Positions 25,279 through 32,000 of a DNA stretch of 32,000 bases are shown here, piece by piece. The number at the start of each line of letters is the position of its first letter. Position 1 is the stretch's first letter. The notes below the pieces were generated by a model. The model was not told the DNA's origin. It did no database searches and worked only from the letters and a program-made list of their open reading frames with translations. The position numbers were made by a program, and so were the translations under genes. Source of the DNA: Vibrio vulnificus CMCP6 (GTDB taxonomy: Bacteria > Pseudomonadota > Gammaproteobacteria > Enterobacterales > Vibrionaceae); NCBI RefSeq assembly GCF_000039765.1, contig NC_004459.3, forward strand, positions 510,001 to 542,000. The letters run 5' to 3'.

Positions 25279-26505
25279 GTGATCAGAACCTTTGCCGATC
25301 TTGATCTTGACCCAAACTTGCTGGCTGCCATCGAAGAGATGGGCTACGAGCGTCCAACTCAAATTCAGGCAGAAGCAATTCCACAAGCCCTAGAAGGCCG
25401 TGATATTCTTGCTTCCGCTCCGACAGGAACCGGAAAAACCGCCGCATTTGTCTTGCCTGCGCTGCAATACTTGCAAGATTTTCCACGCCGTAAACCAGGA
25501 CCAGCACGCGTTCTTATCCTCACGCCAACCCGTGAGCTAGCGATGCAAGTGGCCGATCAAGCTCGTGCGCTTGCCAAAAATACCAGTTTGAACATTTTCA
25601 CCATCACAGGTGGTGTTCAATACCAAGAACATGCGGATATCCTTGCGACCACGCAAGATATCGTGGTAGCGACACCGGGCCGCTTGATGGAATACATCCA
25701 AGCAGAGCGCTTTGATTGCCGCGCGATCGAATGGCTGATCCTCGATGAAGCAGACCGCATGCTTGACATGGGCTTTGCTCCGACAGTGGATCGCCTATCT
25801 AACGAATGTCGTTGGCGCAAACAGACCATGCTCTTCTCTGCAACGCTAGAAGGCAAAGGGGTGGAAGGTTTTACCGCGGATCTGCTGAACGATCCTGCGG
25901 ACATTGATGCTGAGCCTTCGCGCCGCGAGCGTAAAAAAATCACCCAGTGGTATTACCGTGCAGATAACATGGAGCACAAGCTCGCGCTACTGAAAGACAT
26001 CATCAACAACCAAGCGGAACGTACGATTGTTTTCCTCAAAACACGTGAACGTCTGGCGGATCTACGTGCTCACCTCGAAAGCGAACAAGTCAATTGCGCT
26101 TGGATTCAAGGTGAAATGCCGCAAGATCGTCGTAACAACGCGATTGCTCGCTTCCGTGATGGCAGTGTGAATGTACTACTTGCAACCGATGTCGCAGCTC
26201 GTGGTATCGACTTGCCTGACGTGTCACACGTTGTAAACTTCGACATGCCACGCAGTGCCGATGTTTACCTTCACCGCATCGGTCGTACCGCTCGCGCAGG
26301 TAAGAAAGGCAACGCAATCTCTATTGTAGAAGCCCACGACCAACCAATGATGGATCGCGTTGCTCGCTATGTGAAAGAGGATATTAAAGAGCGCTTTGTC
26401 AAAGAGCTTCGCCCTCAACACAAGAAGCCGGTGTTTAAGAAGAAAAAGAAAAAAGACGATAAAAAAACGTCAGTGAAAAAGAAAAGCACCAAAAAGAAAA
26501 AGTAA
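25279..26505 (+). CDS. srmB: ATP-dependent DEAD-box RNA helicase SrmB
   Basis: From GTG 25279 (GGAG Shine-Dalgarno 8 nt upstream): (M)IRTFADLDLDPNLLAAIEEMGYERPTQIQ...APTGTGKT...LILDEADRMLDMGF...SAT...HRIGRTARAG, collinear with E. coli SrmB, with a Lys-rich C-terminal tail. The 33-codon track extension from 25180 has no homology. Confidence 0.93.
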   Translation: MIRTFADLDLDPNLLAAIEEMGYERPTQIQAEAIPQALEGRDILASAPTGTGKTAAFVLPALQYLQDFPRRKPGPARVLILTPTRELAMQVADQARALAKNTSLNIFTITGGVQYQEHADILATTQDIVVATPGRLMEYIQAERFDCRAIEWLILDEADRMLDMGFAPTVDRLSNECRWRKQTMLFSATLEGKGVEGFTADLLNDPADIDAEPSRRERKKITQWYYRADNMEHKLALLKDIINNQAERTIVFLKTRERLADLRAHLESEQVNCAWIQGEMPQDRRNNAIARFRDGSVNVLLATDVAARGIDLPDVSHVVNFDMPRSADVYLHRIGRTARAGKKGNAISIVEAHDQPMMDRVARYVKEDIKERFVKELRPQHKKPVFKKKKKKDDKKTSVKKKSTKKKK

Positions 26506-26520
26506 TGGTTCGATAACGTA

Positions 26521-26555
26521 AAAGGGTTGGCACTGTGCCAACCCTTTCTGTTTTC
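26521..26555. terminator. Terminator hairpin between convergent srmB and yaaA
   Basis: GGGTTGGCA-ctg-TGCCAACCC followed by TTTCTGTTTT. Confidence 0.8.
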
Positions 26556-26577
26556 AGACCTTAACTAAAACCAAATC

Positions 26578-27354
26578 TCAGTGTTGCTCTTCGCGCTTAA
26601 ACACCAATTCTGTCGGGGTCGACTCTTCTTCGACGAAGTAGTAACCCGCACTGTCAAATTGAGTTAAATCCGCCACACTCGAAATACGATTTTCAATGAT
26701 GTAGCGCGCCATCATGCCTCGCGCCTTTTTAGCAAAAAAGCTAATGACCTTGTATTGACCGTTCTTCGCATCTTTAAAAATCGGCGTGATCACTTGCGCG
26801 TCCAAGGCTTTCGGTTTCACCGCTTTAAAATACTCATTGGACGCCAGATTGATCAACACGTTATCACCTTGAGCCACAATCGCCTCATTAAGTTTCTCAG
26901 TGATCACATTGCCCCAAAACTGATAAAGATTACTGCCTTTGGGGTTGGCCAATTTTGTGCCCATCTCCAAGCGATAGGGTTGCATCAGATCCAGTGGCTT
27001 TAATAGCCCATACAGCCCAGATAGCATACGCAAATGTTTTTGCGCGTAATCAAAATCGTCATCGTTGAGCGTTTCCGCTTCAAGCCCTGTGTACACATCA
27101 CCTTTAAAAGCCAGAATCGCTTGGCGCGCGTTATCTGGAGTGAATTCTTCGCTCCACTCTTGGAAGCGACCCACATTGAGATCGGCGATTTTATCACTCA
27201 CTTTCATCAACGAAGCCACATCCGCAGGCGTCAACTGGCGGCAAACTTCAATCAACTGTTTTGAGTAATCCACGAGCTCTGGCTGAGTGAACTTGTGGGT
27301 CACGAGTGGTGATTCGTAGTCCAGCGTTTTAGCTGGTGAAACAACGATAAGCAT
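26578..27354 (-). CDS. yaaA: Peroxide stress protein YaaA (UPF0246/DUF328)
   Basis: From ATG 27354: [16 protein letters not shown]... is the canonical YaaA N-terminus, giving 258 aa. The track extension to 27432 is unsupported. Confidence 0.9.
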   Translation of the reverse strand: MLIVVSPAKTLDYESPLVTHKFTQPELVDYSKQLIEVCRQLTPADVASLMKVSDKIADLNVGRFQEWSEEFTPDNARQAILAFKGDVYTGLEAETLNDDDFDYAQKHLRMLSGLYGLLKPLDLMQPYRLEMGTKLANPKGSNLYQFWGNVITEKLNEAIVAQGDNVLINLASNEYFKAVKPKALDAQVITPIFKDAKNGQYKVISFFAKKARGMMARYIIENRISSVADLTQFDSAGYYFVEEESTPTELVFKREEQH

Positions 27355-27391
27355 GACGATTCTTTCCCTTATTTTCTTTTTGTCTAGGGTA

Positions 27392-27424
27392 CAAAAAAAG
27401 CCGTGCATTGTCTGCACGGCTTTT
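27392..27424 (-). terminator. Rho-independent terminator of the alanine/glycine symporter gene
   Basis: AGCCGTGCA-ttgtc-TGCACGGCT. On the minus strand it is followed by TTTTTTT (forward A-run 27393-27399). Confidence 0.85.
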
Positions 27425-27458
27425 CGAATCACAGTGATAGAAAATCTCGATTTCTACC

Positions 27459-28889
27459 TTAGTCTTTCTTGTTGTTGTCCCAAATGCCTTCTTCCAGTTG
27501 AGATTTCAGCTCAGGAAAATCATCGGCATTAAAGGTTGGCAACTTACCCGCTTGTAACTGACGGTTGTAGTCTTTTGCCAGTTTAATCACGATACCAGAT
27601 AGCAGCAGGATCGCGACTAAGTTCACAATGGCCATCAGACCCATCGATACGTCAGCCAGAGCCCATACCACTGGAAGTGGCGCAATCGCACCAAAGCCCA
27701 CAAGACCAAGCACGACCAAACGGAAAACATTTAAGCCAGCTTTGTGGTTGTGCTCCAAGAAGACCAAGTTGGTTTCTGCATAAGAGTAGTTAGCAATGAT
27801 GGAGGTGAACGCGAAGAAGAAGATCGCGACCGCGACAAAAATGCTACCCCAGCTACCCACTTGCGAGCTTAACGCTAACTGAGTCAATTCAATGCCCGTG
27901 ATCTCACCATGCGGCACGTACTCGCCCGACATCAAAATAATTGCAACGGTCGCTGAACAGATCACAATAGTATCCATGAAAACGCCCAGCATTTGCACGT
28001 ACCCCTGAGAAGCTGGGTGTGGAGGATATGGCGTTGCTGACGCCGCAGCGTTTGGCGCGGAACCCATACCGGCTTCGTTCGAGAACAGGCCACGTTTGAT
28101 ACCATTAATCATCGCTTGTGCAATCGCGTAGCCCAAACCACCCGCAGCCGCTTCTTGCAAGCCAAAAGCGCTCTTGAAGATCAGCATGAGTACGTCAGGT
28201 AGTTTCTCCAAGTTAGAGAGCATCACAAACAGCGCTAAAGCAAGGTAAGCCAATGCCATCACTGGAACGATAAGCTCAGCAGTACGCGCGATACGTTTGA
28301 TACCACCAAAGATAATCACACCAGACAGCACCACAATCACAACGCCTACGTAGGCATTTTCCCAACCAAAGGCATTTTGCATTGCGTTGGCGATCGAGTT
28401 GGCTTGCACCGCGTTAAACACCAGACCAAAAGCAATGATAAGGAAGATGGAGAACAGCACCCCCATCCAACGCATACCAAGGCCTTTTTCCATGTAGTAA
28501 GCAGGACCACCACGATAGTTGCCATCGTCATCTTTGGTTTTGTAGAGCTGAGCTAGCGTACTTTCAGCAAATGATGTCGCCATACCCAACATGGCGATGA
28601 GCCACATCCAGAAAATCGCACCAGGGCCACCGGCGGTCAGCGCAACAGCCACACCGGCCATGTTACCAGTGCCTACACGTGCAGCAAGGCTGGTACAAAG
28701 CGCTTGAAAGGAGGAGATACCAGCGTTGTCCGATTTACGGCTGTTTTTTAGAACAGAAAACATGTGGCCGAAATGGCGGAACTGAATGAAGCCGAGTCGA
28801 ACCGTGAAATAAATTCCCACACCGACAAGCAAATAAACAAGAATGGAACCCCAAAGCAGGTCATTCATTAGATTGATCAAGTCTGTCAT
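27459..28889 (-). CDS. Alanine/glycine:cation (Na+) symporter, AGCS family
   Basis: From ATG 28889 (GAGG Shine-Dalgarno 7 nt upstream): MTDLINLMNDLLWGSILVYLLVGVGIYFTVRLGFIQFRHF...SSFQALCTSLAARVGTGNMAGVA... is typical of AGCS transporters (AlsT/DagA-like). The track start at 28934 adds 15 residues without a Shine-Dalgarno. Confidence 0.9.
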   Translation of the reverse strand: MTDLINLMNDLLWGSILVYLLVGVGIYFTVRLGFIQFRHFGHMFSVLKNSRKSDNAGISSFQALCTSLAARVGTGNMAGVAVALTAGGPGAIFWMWLIAMLGMATSFAESTLAQLYKTKDDDGNYRGGPAYYMEKGLGMRWMGVLFSIFLIIAFGLVFNAVQANSIANAMQNAFGWENAYVGVVIVVLSGVIIFGGIKRIARTAELIVPVMALAYLALALFVMLSNLEKLPDVLMLIFKSAFGLQEAAAGGLGYAIAQAMINGIKRGLFSNEAGMGSAPNAAASATPYPPHPASQGYVQMLGVFMDTIVICSATVAIILMSGEYVPHGEITGIELTQLALSSQVGSWGSIFVAVAIFFFAFTSIIANYSYAETNLVFLEHNHKAGLNVFRLVVLGLVGFGAIAPLPVVWALADVSMGLMAIVNLVAILLLSGIVIKLAKDYNRQLQAGKLPTFNADDFPELKSQLEEGIWDNNKKD

Positions 28890-29423
28890 AGTTACCTCAA
28901 ATTGAGTTTGCGCCAGTCTGTGCTTCCGAGCCATCCACCAGATTGCTTAACCAAGTGTCAAATTAGCTTGGTGAACTATTATTTTCTTTCTGCAATCTAG
29001 AATCGTAAATGTCGCTTCATGCATCCGTTTTACGTACTAGCGTTTTTTGACGGGCGGATAATGCAGCCTAGCCACGCAAAAATCAATATGAAACTGCATA
29101 CTCAATTTTTGTATTTTTCACTATTTTTATACCATTTTTTAACATACAAACCAGAATCAAGAATCAAAAGCAGTTACATAAACCAAACAATTCCATTACA
29201 ACAAAATATATCGAAATATTTTGTTTTTCATTTCGCGTCAATTCTCTGTTAAACCAAGAGTGACAAGGCTTTTACTCTTTCCCCACGCCCCCTCCCTCAC
29301 TTACCTGTTGTGGATGAGAAATTCACAAGCGCCTTTTCGGATCCTTACCCTCCTCTCTTTGACTTCGTACTGTATAAACACACACATTGTTAACATTAAA
29401 ATTCTTTTCATTTAATCGTTTTC

Positions 29424-29446
29424 GTGAGATCGATCGCTCACTTTTT
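29424..29446 (+). terminator. Weak terminator-like hairpin in a long non-coding spacer
   Basis: GTGAG-atcgatcg-CTCAC followed by TTTTT on the + strand. The stem is only 5 bp, so this is tentative. Confidence 0.3.
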
Positions 29447-29600
29447 GAGCTCTTATTGCAAGCAAAATGTGATGGTGTGTTCAGTTTTAATCGAAATCTT
29501 CATCATACCGACACAAATGCGAAATCTATCATGGTTATGCTCGGAGAAACTGTGGTACTTAGTGACTGCACAAGCGCTGGTGATTTATGTGAGGTGGCTT

Positions 29601-29786
29601 ATGGATGGCTTTGAACTAGATGACTTACTGGATTTTGAAACAACAAGCACAACGAAAACGCGCTCTAAACCAGTAAAAAGGAAATGGCGTGAAATTGAGG
29701 CGATGCTTGACCGACGTAACTTACTCAAAGAGCTGCGTGATATGGACATGTGTCACGACTACTCACTGGAAGATATTAAGCTTTAA
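29601..29786 (+). CDS. Small acidic/basic protein, DUF3545-like (61 aa)
   Basis: ATG 29601 is preceded by a GAGGTGG Shine-Dalgarno. MDGFELDDLLDFETTSTTKTRSKPVKRKWREIEAMLDRRNLLKELRDMD... resembles small conserved gammaproteobacterial proteins of this type; the family name is from memory. The upstream 59 codons of the track ORF are low-complexity and unsupported. Confidence 0.6.
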   Translation: MDGFELDDLLDFETTSTTKTRSKPVKRKWREIEAMLDRRNLLKELRDMDMCHDYSLEDIKL

Positions 29787-29824
29787 CCACATTAACGAAC
29801 AAAAAATAGCACTCTTACTCAACG

Positions 29825-29860
29825 AAAAAGGCACCTCTCACAGGTGCCTTTGTTTATTTT
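29825..29860. terminator. Bidirectional terminator between the DUF3545-like gene and the hemerythrin gene
   Basis: AAGGCACCT-ctcac-AGGTGCCTT followed by TGTTTATTTT, with an A-run upstream. Confidence 0.8.
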
Positions 29861-29863
29861 GGG

Positions 29864-30415
29864 CTAGATCATCTCTTTTTCACTTTGCTGTACACGCTCT
29901 GCCAGTTGTCGGTAATGATCGGCAATGGTTTCACCAAAGACGGGATCGTCTTCATTAACCAGCCATTGCGATTCCACTTGTTGCCAATCTTGTGTGGTAA
30001 AAGACTCGGCGATCAATGGCAGAATCAAGCGCTCTTCAATGTCCAAATGTTGGCGTTGTGATGAGATAAACGCCTCTAACTGCTCAATGAACATCGCTTG
30101 TGGCACCACTGCATCGTTCAAAATCATATGCACCACGTCAGCAAAGGCTGCGGTTTTCTTCGCTAGTTCTTTGTGTTCAAGCTCTAAGTTTTCAATGGTT
30201 CTCTGCGCGCCGTAATGCTCTAAGTAATGGCGATAAAGGATGTCTTCTTTCGGATGGTGCACCTTCTCCGCATGATCAGATAAATAGCTGACAATCTCGG
30301 CGACCAAACTGTAGTTAATAGGTTGCTCATTTTTGAGCAACTCCACTTTATGACGCAGTATAGCGAGCATGCGCACAATGTAACCGTGTTCGCGTCTTAT
30401 CCGTTCAATCATCAT
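29864..30415 (-). CDS. Hemerythrin (HHE cation-binding) domain protein
   Basis: From ATG 30415 (AAGGAG Shine-Dalgarno 7 nt upstream): MMIERIRREHGYIVRML...HAEKVHHPKEDILY...LELEHKEL...QRQHLDIEERLILP. The spaced His/Glu ligand motifs are typical of hemerythrin-like domains. Confidence 0.7.
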   Translation of the reverse strand: MMIERIRREHGYIVRMLAILRHKVELLKNEQPINYSLVAEIVSYLSDHAEKVHHPKEDILYRHYLEHYGAQRTIENLELEHKELAKKTAAFADVVHMILNDAVVPQAMFIEQLEAFISSQRQHLDIEERLILPLIAESFTTQDWQQVESQWLVNEDDPVFGETIADHYRQLAERVQQSEKEMI

Positions 30416-30526
30416 AGCGTTTCTCCTTAACACCTCATTTGTTGTAAGTGTATAAGATAGAACGCCATTCGGCTTAGATGTCGCTCAAAAAACCATCGCT
30501 TTCTACGAAATTACATTCAAATGTGC

Positions 30527-31207
30527 TTAGAGCGACAAAGGTAGTTGCCAGTCTATTGCTTGCTTTCCTTGATCAAGTAAATGTTGATTCGCTTGTGAAA
30601 AATGCTTACAGCCCAAAAAGCCGCGGTGAGCAGAAAGAGGGGATGGGTGTGGCGCGGTGAGAACCACATGCTTATGGCGATCAATAAAGCGGCCTTTTTT
30701 CTGTGCGTGCGATCCCCACAATAGGAATACCACACCTTGTTGGTGCTGATTGATCGCCTCAATCACTTTGTCAGTGAATGTTTCCCATCCTAATGAAGCG
30801 TGAGAATGCGCTTTGCCCTGCTCCACCGTAAGCACCGTATTGAGCAGCAATACGCCTTGTTTAGCCCAAGCTTCAAGGTAACCATGCGCCGGGATCTGAA
30901 AGCCCTGGATATCCTGCGCCAACTCTTTGTACATATTCACCAAAGAAGGAGGTGTCTTGATACCCGGTAATACTGAAAAACACAAACCATGAGCTTGGTT
31001 GGGGCCATGGTAAGGATCCTGTCCTAAGATCACCACTTTGACATCTTGAAACTCGGTATAACGAAAGGCATTGAAGACATCCTTTGCTGGAGGGTAAATC
31101 ACTTTGCCAGCTTGTCGCTCTGCTTCAACAAAGTTGAGTGTCTGTTGAAAATAGCTTTGCTCTTTTTCCGCACCAATTACATCGTGCCAAGTGAGTTGCT
31201 GTGTCAT
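30527..31207 (-). CDS. ung: Uracil-DNA glycosylase (family 1)
   Basis: From ATG 31207: [27 protein letters not shown]...[22 protein letters not shown]...LLLNTVLTV...HPSPLSA, the canonical UNG motifs. The 8-codon track extension is unsupported. Confidence 0.95.
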   Translation of the reverse strand: MTQQLTWHDVIGAEKEQSYFQQTLNFVEAERQAGKVIYPPAKDVFNAFRYTEFQDVKVVILGQDPYHGPNQAHGLCFSVLPGIKTPPSLVNMYKELAQDIQGFQIPAHGYLEAWAKQGVLLLNTVLTVEQGKAHSHASLGWETFTDKVIEAINQHQQGVVFLLWGSHAQKKGRFIDRHKHVVLTAPHPSPLSAHRGFLGCKHFSQANQHLLDQGKQAIDWQLPLSL

Positions 31208-31508
31208 GGGGAGAATCCTATTGAAAACCATCAGGCGGTTATTCTATGTCAGGTCACTCCCCTAACCAAATTCATCACAGGCTATTGGTTTTTTTCGTGA
31301 CTTTGTGGGCTTTTTTGTGGCGTTCTTACATGCCCCTGCCCGGTAATATGACGGTTCGGTATTGGCCATCTTGCGACAGCACGAACAACGTAAGTGGAAT
31401 GGAACATCATGGTTGTAAACATAGTGGCATCCTCCTGTGACAAACTCGATAAACACTATTGTTCTTGTTTGCTATGAAAGAAAGATGCCAATCTGATGAC
31501 AAAAAGCG

Positions 31509-32000
31509 CTAAGCGATTGAAGAGAGATGATATTTTCTCAACTGCTCAATTTCTTGCGGCCAAAGTTCAGGTTCAATAGTCTCTAAAATCAATGGGATAG
31601 AATCAAAACGGCTGTCTTTCGCAATGTATTCAAAACAGTCCCAGCCAATTTCACCTTTCCCTAGGGCATGGTGCCTATCCACCTTACTGGCTAATTTTAC
31701 TTTTGAATCATTAATATGCATTGCACGTAAATAGTGCATTCCGACCACACGTTCAAACTCAGCGAAGGTCGTCTCACACGCCTCAGGAGTTCGCAGATCA
31801 TAGCCTGCGGCAAAGGTGTGGCAAGTATCCAAACAAACCCCAACTCGACTCTTATCTTCAACCTGCTCAATGATTTCTGCAAGGTGCTCAAATCGCCAAC
31901 CTAAGTTGGAACCTTGTCCGGCCGTGTTTTCTATCACCGCCACCACATCAGGTACCGCTTGATGCGCTAAGTTGATCGATTCTGCGATTAAAGACAAACA
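31509..32000 (-). CDS. nfo: Endonuclease IV, C-terminal 163 codons; the gene continues past the right edge of the window
   Basis: ...[52 protein letters not shown]...[13 protein letters not shown]...IPLILETI is collinear with E. coli Nfo. The reading frame is open to position 32000. Confidence 0.93.
   Translation of the reverse strand, partial: CLSLIAESINLAHQAVPDVVAVIENTAGQGSNLGWRFEHLAEIIEQVEDKSRVGVCLDTCHTFAAGYDLRTPEACETTFAEFERVVGMHYLRAMHINDSKVKLASKVDRHHALGKGEIGWDCFEYIAKDSRFDSIPLILETIEPELWPQEIEQLRKYHLSSIA

Noticed and set aside
28890-29100. Possible glycine riboswitch in the leader of the alanine/glycine:cation symporter gene. The classical V. cholerae tandem glycine riboswitch precedes a gene of this family.
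   Set aside because: On the minus strand, the leader has none of the conserved glycine-riboswitch cores (GGAGAG...CACCGAAGGGGCAA / CTCTGGAGAG...ACCGAAGGAGCAA). Only a 6-bp ACCAAG/CTTGGT stem is visible.
29281-29300. G-quadruplex potential of the minus-strand GGGAGGGGGCGTGGGG.
   Set aside because: Only three G-runs of three or more are present, and a fourth run is lacking within a reasonable loop distance.
29424-29600. N-terminal extensions proposed by the ORF track. They affect the DUF3545-like gene (29424), DUF1127 (to 13745), srmB (25180), yaaA (to 27432), mutH (11086), ung (to 31231), the symporter (to 28934), yfiC (24409), vpsR (to 15528) and the hemerythrin gene (to 30433).
   Set aside because: In every case an internal start has a better-placed Shine-Dalgarno, or aligns with the N-terminus of characterised homologues where these exist. 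The extra residues have no counterpart in those homologues.
1-32000. Search for CRISPR arrays, tRNA/rRNA genes, IS elements, integron attC/VCR-type repeats, toxin-antitoxin pairs and defence-system gene clusters.
   Set aside because: I found no direct-repeat/spacer periodicity, no tRNA-like T-arm/acceptor signatures, and no transposase, integrase (other than xerD) or nuclease/ATPase defence-type ORFs. All sizeable ORFs are accounted for by housekeeping homologues in conserved synteny.

Overview
This window looks like a core-genome segment of the large chromosome of a Vibrio species. The evidence is gene content and protein sequences: an HlyU-type ArsR regulator, a VpsR-type regulator, the NptA Na/Pi cotransporter and the 283-aa Vibrio/Haemophilus-type ThyA. 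From memory the HlyU sequence looks V. vulnificus-like, but I cannot verify the species. I support 31 protein genes plus one candidate small ORF. In order they are murJ', rpsT, hlyU, nhaR, nptA, a DUF1704/QEGLA protein, thyA-lgt-tauE-ptsP-rppH (one tightly packed minus-strand block), mutH, a 103-aa unknown, tas, a DUF1127 protein, vpsR, lysS-prfB, recJ-dsbC-xerD, fldB, brnQ, yfiC(trmN6), srmB, yaaA, an alanine/glycine:cation symporter, a DUF3545-like small protein, a hemerythrin-domain protein, ung and nfo'. The order mirrors several E. coli neighbourhoods: rppH-ptsP / mutH-tas, xerD-dsbC-recJ-prfB-lysS, and yfiC-srmB with ung nearby. I see no rRNA, tRNA, CRISPR array, transposase, phage gene or defence island, so this is ordinary housekeeping DNA. 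The only places with unexplained structure are the long intergenic spacers. The most interesting signal is the 618-bp rppH-mutH spacer. It carries a three-DnaA-box core (one box facing two tandem boxes), additional perfect DnaA boxes, and an 8-site GATC cluster, in the same intergenic position as E. coli DARS2. Other items worth a look are listed below.
- A promoter-to-hairpin unit downstream of vpsR that could be an sRNA or a 35-aa peptide.
- A repeated TGTCATAT/TGACA motif set upstream of nptA.
- A ~700-bp non-coding spacer with phased T-tracts and polypyrimidine/GGA-rich blocks.
- A lipobox on DsbC.
- The degenerate AAA+ motifs of the VpsR homologue.
- The classical prfB +1 frameshift, which the ORF track splits.
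Several ORF-track starts were corrected using homologue N-termini and Shine-Dalgarno positions.
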